Shown here: one piece after another, positions 36,637-48,849 of the stretch
Position numbering within the stretch: position 1 is the first letter of the stretch
How the letters are laid out: every line of letters starts with the position of its first letter
Assembly: GCF_964213995.1 (NCBI RefSeq)
Contig: NC_135807.1
Location: forward strand, 66,340,001-66,404,000
Reading direction: 5' to 3'
From: Mustelus asterias
Taxonomy: Eukaryota
Length of the DNA: 64,000 bases
Program-made: the position numbers and the translations under genes
The notes under the pieces: model-generated
What the model was told of the DNA's origin: nothing
The model's input: the letters and a program-made list of their open reading frames with translations, nothing else
Database searches by the model: none

Positions 36637-38494
36637 AGGAGTCATGAGAAGGCCTTGGCAAGTAGAATTAAGGAAAACCCTAAGGCGTTCTATAAATATG
36701 TGAAGAGTAAAAGGATGAGACGTGAAGGAATAGGGCCTATAAAAGATGAAGGCAGGAAAATCAGTACGGAACCAGTAGAAATGGCAGAGGTGCTTAATGA
36801 GTATTTTGCCTCGGTTTTCACAGAGGAGAAGGACATGGGTGGATGTACTGTGGGCTTGCGGTGGACTGAAAAGATTGAGTATGTGGACTTTAAGAAAGAG
36901 GTTGTGCTGGAATCTTTGAATGGCATCAAGATAGATAAGTCGCTGGGTCCGGATGGGATGTACCCCAGGTTACTGTGGGAGACGAGGGAAGAGATTGCGG
37001 AGCCTCTGGTGATGATATTTGTGTCGTCTATGGAGACGGGAGAGGTGCCGGAGGATTGGAGGATTGCGGATGTGGTTCCTATTTTCAAGAAGGGGAATAG
37101 GGATAGCCCAGGAAATTACCGACCGGTGAGTCTAACCTCAGTGGTTGGTAAGCTGATGGAGAAGATCCTGAGGGACAAGATTTATGAGCATTTAGAGAGG
37201 TTTAGTATGCTCAAGAATACTCAGCATGGCTTTGTCAAAGGCAGATCGTGCCTTACGAGCCTGGTGGAGTTCTTCGAAAATGTGACTAAACACATTGACG
37301 AAGGGAAAGCGGTAGATGTGGTTTATATGGATTTTAGCAAGGCGTTCGATAAGGTCCCCGATGCAAGGCTTCTAGAAAAAGTGAGAGGGCATGGGATCCA
37401 AGGGGCTGCTGCCCTGTGGATCCAGAACTGGCTTGCCCAAAGGAGGCAGAGAGTGGGTATAGATGGGTCTTTTTCTAATTGGAGGTCGGTCACCAGTGGT
37501 GTGCCCCAGGGATCTGTTCTGGGACCCTTGCTGTTTGTCATTTTCATAAATGTCCTGGATGAGGAAGTGGAGGGATGGGTTGGTAAGTTTGCCGACGACA
37601 CGAAGGTTGGTGGGGTTGTGGATAGTCTGGAGGGATGTCAGAAGTTACAGAGGGACATAGATAGGATGCAAGACTGGGCGGAGAAGTGACAGATGGACTT
37701 CAACCCAGATAAATGCGTAGTGGGCCATTGTGGCAGGTCGAATGGGATGAAGGAGTACAATATAAAAGGAAAGACTCTTAGTACGGTAGAGGATCAGAAG
37801 GACCTTGGGATCCGGGTCCATAGGACTCTAAAATTGGCCCCGCAGGTGGAGGAGGTGGTTAAGAAGGCGTATGGTGTGCTGGCCTTTATCAATCGAGGGA
37901 TTGAGTTTAGGAGTCCGGGGATAATGATGCAGGTATATAAGACCCTCGTCAGACCCCACTTGGAGTACTGTGCTCAGTTCTGATCGCCTCATTACAGGAA
38001 GGATGTGGAAAAGATTGAAAGGGTGCAGAGACGTTTTACAAGGATGTTGCCTGGATTGAGTGGCATGCCTTATGAGGATAGGCTGAGGGAGCTCGGTCTT
38101 TTCTCCTTGGAGAGACGTAGGATGAGAGGAGACCTAATAGAGGTATATAAAATGTTGAGAGGCATAGATCGGGTGGACTCTCAGAGGCTTTTTCCCAGGG
38201 TGGAAATGGCTGCTACGAGAGGACACAGGTTTAAGGTGCTGGGGGGTAGGTACAGGGGAAATGTTAGGGGGAAGTTTTTTCACACAGAGGGTGGTGGGCG
38301 AGTGGAATCGGCTGCCGTCAGTGGTGGTGGAGGCAAACTCGATAGGGTCTTTTAAGAGACTCCTGGATGAGTACATGGGACTTAATAGGATGGAGGGTTA
38401 TAGGTAGGCCTAAAAGGTAGGGATATGTTTGGCACAACTTGTGGGGCCGAAGGGCCTGTTTTGTGCTGTAGTTTTCTATGTTTCTATGTTTCTA
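36637..38494 (+). mobile_element. Young CR1 LINE, 5'-truncated ORF2
   Basis: The 366-aa ORF 36589-37689 continues past two TGG>TGA stops (37687, 37981). Nearly identical to 22575-24164, with a (TTTCTATG)n tail. Confidence 0.97.
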
Positions 38495-39310
38495 CTTTAT
38501 CCCCGTTGATGCAGACAGGAGCATGTTCTCCTTTACACTTCCTGAAGTCGATGACAATCTCCTTCATTTTGTTGACATTGAGGGAGAGATTATTGTCGCC
38601 GCACCAGTTCACCAGTTTCTCTATCTCATTCCTGTACTCTGTCTTGTCATTGTTTGAGATCCGACCCACTATGGTGGTGTCGTCAGCAAACGTGAAAATC
38701 GAATTGGAGGTGAATTTGGCCGCACAGTCACAGGTGTACAAGGAGTATAGTCGGGGGCTGAGAACACAGCCTTGTGGGGCACCGATGTTGAGGATGATCG
38801 TGGAGGAGGTGTTGTTGCCTAACCTTACTGATTGTGGTCTGTGAGTTTGGAAGTTCAGGATCTAGCCGCAGAGGGAGGTTCTGAGGCCCAGGCCACAGAT
38901 TTTGGAGATGAGTTTTGTGGGAATAATAGTGTTGAAGGCTGAGCTGTAGTCAATAAATAGGAGTCTGACATAGGTGTCCTTGTTATCTAGGTGGTCCAGG
39001 GTTGAGTGCAGGGCCAGGGAGATGGCGTCTGCTGTGGACCTGTTGTGTCAGTAGGCAAACTGTAGTGGATCCAGGTAGTCCGGGAGGCTGGAATTGATTC
39101 GTGCCATGACTAGCCTTTCGAAGCACTTCATAATGATGGATGTCAGAGCCACCGGCCGATAGTCATTAAGCACGCTGCTTGGTTTTTCTTAGGTACCAGG
39201 ATGATAGTCGTCTTCTTGAAGCAGATAGGGACCTCAGATTGTTGTGAAGAGGAGCTGAAGATGTCTGTGAATACCCCTGCCAGCTGATCCGCGCAGCATC
39301 TGAATGCTCG
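38495..39310 (-). mobile_element. Rex1/Babar LINE RT fragment (continues at 36585-36636)
   Basis: FADDTTIVGRISNNDKTEYRNEIEKLVNWC and CADQLAGVFTDIF..VPICFKKTTII motifs. The sequence resumes on the far side of the CR1. Confidence 0.92.
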
Positions 39311-39734
39311 TGATCTGAGTGCTGAGAATGAACAAACATATGAGTATGATAGCAGATTAGGCCAGAATTTGCAACAATAGTTAAAAAAATACAATCCTAC
39401 CCCAATGTCCAGTGACCTCATTGGTCTCTTGGTTACCCAAGTCAGAATACCTTGTTGGAAATGAGCATTAGAATGAAACAATGAAGGAATAAATTGGGAT
39501 CATCTTTAACAAGCTTGCTGAGAATAATCCCATCCTGGGTAGGCTTGGAGTTTGATGATGGATGGGAGAATTCAAAATACTGATTACCCATAAATTGGAG
39601 TGAACAACAATATTGTTCAAAATGAAGCACTGTTCCCTCCAGTTATGAAACCTAGTGCACCCTGCTCCACATTTCTTTGTTTTGTAAGACTGTGAAAGTT
39701 AAGATTCAAATGCACATGGTCGAAAAACTCTGGT

Positions 39735-40872
39735 TAGTTTTCCCTATGGAGTGCCATAGGGATCAATGCTGGGGCCTCAACTATTTATAATTGGTATAAA
39801 TGACTTGGATGAAGCAATCGAATGTATAGTTGCTAAATTTGCTGATAGTGGGTTTGAGACCAGGGAGAGATCAGTCATGATCTGATTGAATGGCGGAGCA
39901 GGCTTGAAGCTGAGAAACTTAGGAACATAGAAGATAGGAGCAGGAGGAGGCCATTCAGCCCTTCGAGCCTGCTCCGCCATTCATCACGATCATGGCTGAT
40001 TGTCCAAACCAATAGCTTAATCCTGCTTTCTCCCCATAACCTTTGATCCCATTCAACCCAAGTGCGATATCCAGCTGCCTCATGAATACATTCAATGTTT
40101 TGACATCAACTACTTCTTGTGTGGTAATGAATTCCACAGGCTCACCACTCTTTGCGTTAAGAACTGTCTCCTCATCTCCATCCTAAATGGTCTACCCCAA
40201 ATTCTCAGACTGTGACCCCTGGTTCTGGACACCCACTGAAGTGAACACGTCCACTTCAACCATGTCCTCTTCAACCCACTCATCATTAAAAGCTAGAGGA
40301 TTTACTGCAATTGTATAGGGTGTTGTTAAGACCACATCTAGAGTATTGTATACAGTTTTAGTCTCCTTACTTGAGAAGGGATATAATTACATTAGAAGCC
40401 ATTCAGGGACTAATTCCTGGGATGAACAGGTTATCTTATGAGGAATTGTTGGACAGGATGGGCTTGTATCCATTGGAGTTGAGAAGAATGGGAGGTGATC
40501 TTATTGAAACATGTAAGATCCTGGGAGGATAGACAGAGTGGACGATGAGAGGAGGTTTTCTCTTATGGGAAAGAAGCAGAGGACATAGTTTCAAAATAAC
40601 GGGTCTCCCATTTAAAATGGAGATGACGAGACATTTTTTTCACTCAGAGGTCTGTGGAATTCTCTTTCCCAGCGTCAGTTGGAGACGGGGTCATTGAATA
40701 TTTTTAAGGCTAAGTTGGATAGATTCTTGAATGACAAGGATGTCAAAGGATATGGGGCAGACAGGAAAGTCAAGTCGGGGCGACAGTCAGATCAGTCATG
40801 ATCTGTAAATGGCCATGCAGGCTCATGGAGCTAAATTGTTGATTCCTACTCCTAATGTATGTTCGCATGTTC
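39735..40872. mobile_element. Cluster of three CR1 fragments (+ 39735-39910, - 39915-40270, + 40290-40872)
   Basis: RT-motif remnants and CR1 tails in alternating orientation. Confidence 0.8.
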
Positions 40873-41361
40873 ATAGAAAGAAGAAAGAACTTGCACTTGT
40901 ACAAATAATCTTTACATCCTCAGGGCACTCCAAAGCCAGTGATTTATTCTGAAATCCATTGTTGAAATACTAATCAAATGAAATCAAAAATTAGTACCGG
41001 CTCCTTACTGCAAGAAAGTAATACTTTACTTAATTCAGATGGTCAATGGCACTCACCATTCACTATGCTGCCAGCTACCCACAGGTTTTAGCAGGCTTTT
41101 CAGCAGACTTTTCAGCAGACACTTGCTGTCATCGAGTGTCGAATACAGTGCAGTTCCCCTTGCAGGGGATCTGAAGCATATGCTAACAGGAAAGCAACTT
41201 TGTGGCTGTTCAACCAGATTGAAGACATGCTGAGACATGCAGAAAGAGAATTCCTTTGGCACTCGGCACATTTGCCTCATTGCCCGGAGACCGGCAGTAT
41301 TATGGATTGTACAACAAAAACAGAAAATGCTGAAAATCTCAGGATCTATGGAGAAAGAATA

Positions 41362-41402
41362 GAGCCAACGTTTCGAGTCTGGATGACCCTTCGTCAGAGC
41401 CC
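41362..41402 (-). ncRNA. Minimal hammerhead ribozyme with intact core, within a ~92-bp PLE insertion (41311-41402)
   Basis: Minus strand reads GGGCT-CTGACGA-A-GGGTC-ATCCA-GACTC-GAAA-CG-TT-GGCTC, with a palindromic ACGT loop III. 12-bp TSD ATTATGGATTGT at 41299-41310 and 41406-41417. Confidence 0.8.
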
Positions 41403-41909
41403 CAGATTATGGATTGTGTGGTGTTCTTCAATGTTTCTATAAGCAGCACTACATGAACACATTTCTTCCCCATTTGAGTCTAAACCAGGAGGTATAAGCC
41501 AGATTTGAATGTTGCACAGAAAGCAAAATAAAGAGAGGGAAAGAAAAATCATTATAATACAGATAAAAGAAATACACAGAAAAGTGTTTTTAAATAAAAT
41601 AATAATTTTAATTTCAAACAAAATCGCTGCCATCTATTAAGAAATCAGTCTCCGCATTTGAAAATTCAAATTTGCAACGCCAGAGATGTTGTTTGGCAGT
41701 AATTATGACTTATCACACTATTAAAAATTCACGAGCACCTGAATGCATCAGTCCTAACATTTTTAGCATGTTTAGTGAATGCGTATGTACATCAATTTAA
41801 TGTCATCATGTGGATTTCAATGCTGAGTCTATTGGTGAGATTGCGTGATACCACAGCCTGTGGAGGAGCTGCTGTTAAGCTATGCACCCCCCACATTTCA
41901 AAACAAATA

Positions 41910-43793
41910 AAGCTGGATGGACCACTTGGCATCGACCGGGCACCAAAAACAGCACAGCAAACCCAGTCCTGTTGGCCTGTCCTGTTCCACTAGCGGGACA
42001 CACCCATCAGTTTGGCAGCAGTATACAGTGGTTTACAATTTAGAGGGAGTTATTCTGGGAGTCCTTAGTCTGGACCCCATGAAATCTCATTGCATCAGGT
42101 CAAATATGGGCATGGAAACCTCCTGTGACTCTCACACATCCCCAAATCCCTTCAGCTGATGAATCAGTACTTGTCCATGTTGAACACAATTGGGGGAAGC
42201 ACTGAGGGTGGCAAGGACGCAGAATGTACTCTGGATGGAGGACTTCAATGTCCATCGCCAAGGGTGGCTCAGTAGAACCACCACAGACTGAGGTGGTTGA
42301 GCTCTAGAGGACATATCAGACAGGCTGGGACAGCAGCAGCGGTGAGGGAACCAACAAGAGGGAAAAACATACTTGACCTCATCCTCACCAACCTGTCTGC
42401 CACAGATGCATCTGTCCATGACAATATTAGTAGAGGCGACCACCAGACAGTCTTTGTATCGGCAAAGTTCCTTCCTCACATTGAGGATACCCATAATCGT
42501 ATTGTGTGACACTATCACCTTGCCAAATGAGATAGACCTCAAATAGATCTAAGAACTCAAGAATGGGCAACCATGAGGCGCGGTGGGCCATCAGTAGCAT
42601 CAGAATTGTACTCAGCCACAATCAGGAACCTCATGGTCTGGCATATCCCATTGGTTCAAACATGGATAAGAGAGCTGTCACCTGAGAGGTGAGGTGAGAG
42701 TGGCTGCCCTTGATATCAAGGCTGCACTTGATTTAGTGTGGCTTAAAGAAACCCTAGCAAAACTGGAGTCAATGAGAATCCGGGGGGGGTGAAATTCTCC
42801 GCTGGTTGGAGTCATAACTAGCACAAAGCAAGATGGTTTTGGTTTATGGAGATCAGACATCTCAGCTCCAGGACATCACTGCAGGTGTTCCTCAGATTAG
42901 TGTCCTAGGCCCAAACATCCTGAACTGTTTCATTGATGACCTTCCTTGCATCATAAGGTCAGAGGTGGGGATGTTCAGCACCATTTGTGACTCCTCAATT
43001 ACTAAAGCAGTTCATGTCCAAATGCAACAAGACCTGAACAATATCCAGGCTTGGGCTGACAATTTACATTTGCGCTTCACAAGTGGCAGGCATTGACCAT
43101 CTCCAACAACAGTGAATCTAACCATCACCCTTTGACATTCAGTGCCATTGCCATTACTGAATCCCCCACTATCAACATCCTTGCGGTTACCATTGACCAG
43201 AAACTCAACTGGACTCGTCATATGAATACTGTAGCTATGAGAGCTAGGGCTGTGGTGAGTAAGTGACCCTTTGAACCCCCACCCGCAAATTCTGTCCACA
43301 AAGCACAAGGCACAAATCAGGAGTGTGATGGAATAGTCTCCATTTGCCTGAATGGGTGCAGCGCTAACAGCACTCAAGACGTTTGACACCATCCAGGGCA
43401 AAGCAGCCTGCTTAATTGGCATCCTTTCTACAAACATTCACTCCCTCCACCACTGATGCACAATGGCAGCCCATGTGCACTGTCTCCAAAAAGAATTCAC
43501 CACTACCATATAAAAGGATAAGGGGAGGAGATATCTGGGAACACCATAACTTGGAGGTTCCCCCTCCAAGCCACTCGCCGACCTGACTTGGAAATATATC
43601 GCTTTTCTTTCACTGTCGCTGGGTCAAAATCCTGGAACTCCCTCCATAACAGCACTGTGGATGTACCTGCACCATGTGGGCTGCAGTGATTCAAGAAGGC
43701 AGCTCACCACTACCATTTCAAGGGCAATTAGGGATGAGTATTGAATGTTGGTCTAACCAGTGAAGTCCACAACCCTTGAATGAATAAAAAAAA
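41910..43793 (+). mobile_element. LINE-X (APE + RT non-LTR element, CR1-like), internally deleted
   Basis: EPTRGKNILDLILTN (APE), GVPQISVLGP..FIDDLP (RT) and tail GGGCAATTAGGGATG..GAATGAATAAAAAAAA. Confidence 0.85.
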
Positions 43794-45897
43794 TCCTCTC
43801 AGCAATTTGATGAAATTAGCAATTATTCTGGTTCAAATGAATTAATTTTAACCAGACATTGAACAATCTAACTAATCAATGTGGATGCCTTCAGATTGAC
43901 AGCAGTATATAAAGAATGACTTAAGTGAATCACATTTCCTAATGTTAACTTTGGGTGAGCAATATGCAGCTTTATTGACTTTATGCCCATTTTGGGCTGA
44001 GGCCTAACCTTGTCTCTAATATATTACAGTGCATTGAGTGAAAATAGCAGCATGATATGTTTTAAAATGTAACAAGGGTTTGATCTTATCAGAATTGATG
44101 TTAATTAAATTCAGTAGTACTCAAATAAAGCTCTACAAAGGCCATTGGTGATTTGAACTCATATATAGTAAATATTTCACATAAATCCTGCACTCGGGTT
44201 CAGTAACTTAACTATGTGGAAGTGATTTCCTCATTAAAGGAGACTTTCCAGGAGTCTGCCCATTTATGTCTCTGCTAGCTGCTGCCATGGTGTAACATTG
44301 ACAATTAGCAAAAGAAATACAGGAAGAGCTCTGATTGGATTCTGTATTAGGCTTTTGTCTCTTCCAGCTGTACTTTATTTCCTTACATTGTGCCACAAAG
44401 GTTCAGCCTGGAGATGGGGGTGGGCACTTACTCCGAATAGCCAATTATGTCATCACAGATACTGAACCTGTGAACCAGCTAGTGGAAAGAATTATTGTAT
44501 TTCAAATTATATTTTCTGTTGGATTCAAAGCTGGAAGGGGTTCTACCCTACTCAGAAGTTTCTATATTTAAAAAAAAAACCTAACCAGCAGGGGATCTCT
44601 GCACCGACACAAGTGAAAGGATTGTTAGCATTATAGGTATTGGAAATAGTTGGGCTGGAGAAGGTTTTTATTTTTTAAAATAACAGAGGCAGTGACTTAA
44701 TCACCAAACAGCTCACTAGGGAGGGGGTGAGGGAGCCACATATGGCGAACCCAGAAGGTAAAGTTGTTTAGGCATATTTCAATCTATTCAAATTGATGCT
44801 AATTAGGTTCACGTCCTCGTTGGGGGTAAACCTGATTACATTACTGGTGGGGACTGGGAAGATCTCATTCCCAAATCTCCCCATCACAAATCCCATTATG
44901 GCCCTCCCACGATAACGGTTTTTGCATCCATGGCGAACGGTGCTGGAAAATTGTCCCCTGATCTTCTGAAGAGGATAATGTTTTTTCAAGTGATGTTTAT
45001 TCATTTTAACAGATTTATGATGTTCTGAAGAGGATAATGATTTTCAAGTGCTGATCAAGTTTGATGTGTGTTTATATTGACATTTGTATAAGTTTAGTAT
45101 GTATGTCAAAAGTTACAGCGGTTAGAGAGGAAAGTAGAATTGAGTCCACAATCAGATCAGCCATTATCTTATGAAATGGCCAAGCAGTCTTGGGGGATCG
45201 AATGGCCTATTCTTGCTCCTAATTCATATGTTCAATGTTCGTATGATTTCCACCATTCACATAAAGAATGTCTCAAACCATAGGGCTGGATTTTATGTGG
45301 AATCATGGTTCCCACTCACAACCCACCCATCTCGCCCCAGCTAAAGAGTTAGGTGGACCTCTTCCACGATCCTGCAACTGTGATGCAGCAATTTATCACT
45401 GGGAACAGTTAATTACTTGAAGGTGAGATTTCCACTCCTTGGGAGAAAGTCCCTTTGAGAGCTGCTGGCCAATTGGATGGCTGGTAGCTCTGTTGTCCCA
45501 GTAGTACTAACCAAAAGTGGTGCCACCATTTGGACTACAGGCAGTTCACTATGTTGATCAACCTAGGTAAATTCGTGGTCAGGAATCTTGGCGAGAGGTT
45601 TGAGTGGGGATGTATTGAAGAGGACATGGGGGAAGGGTTAAAGGGAGGATGAGGTTGCGGAGCAGGCAGACAAGAGTGCCTCTGATGGCCTCAGAGAACT
45701 CACAATGGATCTTCCCCCTTGCCCGATATCAGCCAGCACAGCAAAGCTGCTGCACTTTCTGCATGGCATGCTCTCCTCCCACTGCAGGTAAAATACAAAC
45801 AGGGATAGGATGAGGCCCTTAAGTGGCCATTAATTGACCACTCTTTCAGGCTGTGAAAATTTGTTGCCCAATAGTTAAGCATGTCGTACATTGAGAA

Positions 45898-46492
45898 TGC
45901 TCAGTTGGTAGTATTCCTCCCTCCAAGTTATAAGATTCAGGGGTCAAGTCCTGTTCCAGGACTGGAGCACAACAATCACAGCTGACATTCCTGTTGAAGG
46001 TGCTGTCTTTCAGCTGAGACATATGCCAGAATTCTACCGCCCCGCCTGCCACGGAATCAGAGAGGGCGAGGGGCAGACAATGGAAATGTCCGTTGACCTC
46101 GGGCAGGATTTTCCAGTCTCCGGTCGAGCAAGGCTGTAAAATTCCACCCATAGACTGGAATCTTCCTGTCCCACTTGTCACAGGAATTGTAGCGGGGGCG
46201 AACTATCCCATCTGCTCCCTCAGGTGGATGTAAAAGGCACTATTTCAAAATAGGGCAGAGGAGTTATCCCTAGTCCCCTGGCCAAAATTCATCCCACAAT
46301 TGACATCACAAGAAACAGACTATCCGCTCATTATCGTGTTCCTATTTGTGGGAGCTTGTTTGCGCAAATTGGCAGTTGTGTTTTCGACATTACAACACTG
46401 TCTACCCTTCCAAAATACTTAAACGGCAGATAAAATGCTTTGAGACGGCCAGCTGGTCATGAAAAGTGCTCCATAAAGGCAGGTCTTACTTT
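45898..46492 (+). mobile_element. Deu-domain SINE (SacSINE1-like) interrupted by MITEs at 46024-46200
   Basis: tRNA-like head GCTCAGTTGGTAG..TCAAGTCC, Deu-like core CAGGTGGATGTAAAA..GGCACTATTTC..CCTGGCCAA and an L2-like tail. MITE TSD ATA at 46021-46023 and 46150-46152. Confidence 0.85.
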
Positions 46493-48184
46493 TCTCATTA
46501 CTAAATGAAAAGTTTGCAAATAGAAAGCGATTAACTTAAATATCTTTTACCCAGCTATCAAAATATTCAAATATGTCATCATAAATATCATACATGTTTA
46601 TGCAGCTTTAAATATTTGACCTATAAATCTGAATTCATTGATACAACTATAAAGCTAGGCTAAACTCCGCCTTCCTTTACTGATTGTATTCAATACTAGA
46701 CCCAGCTATTGATTTCTGTACTCCACCCAAAGAATCCAAAGACATGCTGTGCTCAGAAAAATATTGATCAGAACTTTATGTCGCCAGCTCAGTGTACAAT
46801 TAACATATTGTGCATGAAGTCACTATTGTATATAAAGACACAGACCATCTGAGGTGAAAGGTTAAATGCTAAGTGGTGGAGAATTCAGAAATATTGCTAT
46901 GATTAGGTCTGTGCAGCCACCAGAGGTCATGGCCACTGGTAAGAGTTGTTTCCAAATAGTGCCAATGTGGTTCACCAGCGTCTTTGTTTTCAACAAATCT
47001 GCGTTCTATCTTGTTCCACTAAACCAGCTCCAACTCTAATGGCAAATATTTACTAGTCCCAGGGCTGGGTAAGTGGATTACTGCTTTTGATGTATTCACG
47101 CCTTCGAAGCTTCCTGGACCTGCGACTGACCTGCTTCTGTTTGCACTGTATGTTTATACAGCCCACCTGGATTTTCTCTAACTTTGGATTGGATCTAAGA
47201 AGGCGTGTTTGATGGAAAACCGGAAACTTAATTCAGGAGTCCAACTGGATAGAATGCAGTTTGGAACCTTCATAGCTAAATACAGCATTGTGAAGTTCAG
47301 TGGCATCCCTAATCGCCTGAAAATGCTTTAGAAGTTTATGAAGCCCCATCTCATCAAAATGGCCCAGAAAGCAGTCCAAATACCAGAGAGGGCGGACAAT
47401 GAATGATTTTTTCACTGAGAAATTGTTATTTGAACTTTGACTTGGGGAACAGTTCCTGAAATGAAGTATAAAAGAAAATATCTCATAACTGCTTATTTGG
47501 TGGCAAAACATTCCAAAGCTGCCTGAAGTCATTTTACCCTAATTATGTCAGTATGAAACTTTCATTGAGTAGACGTGAGAACTGGAAACATTCTAGCTCC
47601 AATACCCCACTAACAAATGGCCTCACAGGCAGCAAGTCAAAAAACAGGAACTTACCCCCTCACTTGACTAATTTGCAGGGCAGTTGATAATCTGCCTGGT
47701 GATTTTGGAGCAAATAATGAGGCTCATGGTGCAAACTTTACTTATAAAATGTAGGCATGATAATCCCCAGTCGCTGGGGTGTTTTATTCGACGCATTAAA
47801 GGTAGAAGGGAAATTCTGTTTTGGGTAAAATAAATTGCACTTTACCTCATGCAAAATTGCACTTTGTATCAGTTGATTTTCTAGTTCTTGATAATTTCAT
47901 TTTAATCACTCTGCCAATTTTTTTTTCATTGTTATTGGTTGTGGCTGACATTTGAGTTGGATCACATAAAATTCTGAGGATAGAAACCCCTTGAGAAAAT
48001 CAAAGGAGGAGCTTGTAACAGTCTGACAAATGCAGCTGCAATGATAATTTTGGCCAAATTTAAAAATATTAACAATTATGATTGCTGAAGAACTGAGAAC
48101 GAATAGAGGGGAATCTGAGCCTGTCATCATTTTCTCCACCTCCACATTAAACTAGTAAGACTGCCCCCATAGTGTTCACCATTA

Positions 48185-48680
48185 GATGTAATTCCACAAT
48201 TGAACAGCTCTTGTTAAACAGCCCTGATTGCGTTAAAAATTAGATTGATAACCAATTTTAGATCATCAGCCAGGCTTGCAGTGTGGTTTAGAAGGAGCAT
48301 TCCCCAGGCAATGCTTTGATCAATCAGTCGATCTGCCTGGTTTGAATTTAAACAGAAGCTTGGCAGTTAACTGTTTGCTTATGCATTCTCCATGGCAGTG
48401 CCTCTACCAATCAGAGTCCAGTTGCTACCCAATCAGCACATCCTACTCATGCTGTATAAACTGTTCTTCCCTTTAAAATTGATATTCTGGTGAATCTGTC
48501 CTGATGAGTGCAAGATGAAAAGCTTCAATAGCATAGGCAGGAATTTACGACCTCGTTCGTTCCAAAACCGTAAAATCCCGGCCGAAGTCAATGGACCTTT
48601 CTATGGTCCGTCCCTCGCCCACTCCGATTCCCGTGGCGGGCAGGGTGGTAAAATTCCAGCCCATATCTCTTTTTTTCAGC
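48185..48680 (+). mobile_element. Old PLE (family 3) remnant with HHR at 48497-48530 and a MITE at 48536-48662
   Basis: Hand translation RCNSTIEQLLLNSPDCVKN*IDNQF*IISQA resembles a GIY-YIG C-terminus. HHR-like TGTC-CTGATGA-GTGCAAGAT-GAAA-AGCTTC. MITE TSD ATA. Confidence 0.65.
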
Positions 48681-48849
48681 CATATTGGTTATTGCAACGT
48701 GCCATAAATGTCTGTTTGATAAGTGACTGCCACCTGTGGTTGCAGTGACAGCAACTGTAAATTCGTTTCAAACTATACTGCACAAATTGAATTTTTTTTT
48801 AACCTAGCATTATGGTCCATTTTTCTTCAGCCCCAATCTGAATGTTGTC

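Noticed and set aside
39870-40000. Inverted repeat resembling a pre-miRNA hairpin
   Set aside because: It is formed by two CR1 tails inserted tail-to-tail and has no other support.
44964-45053. ~30-bp direct repeat pair (also short tandem duplications near 3056, 29108 and 41090)
   Set aside because: Only two or three units without spacer structure; ordinary slippage duplications, not CRISPR-like arrays.
47233-47532. 99-aa minus-strand ORF in unique sequence
   Set aside because: No domain similarity or coding-like composition is recognisable.
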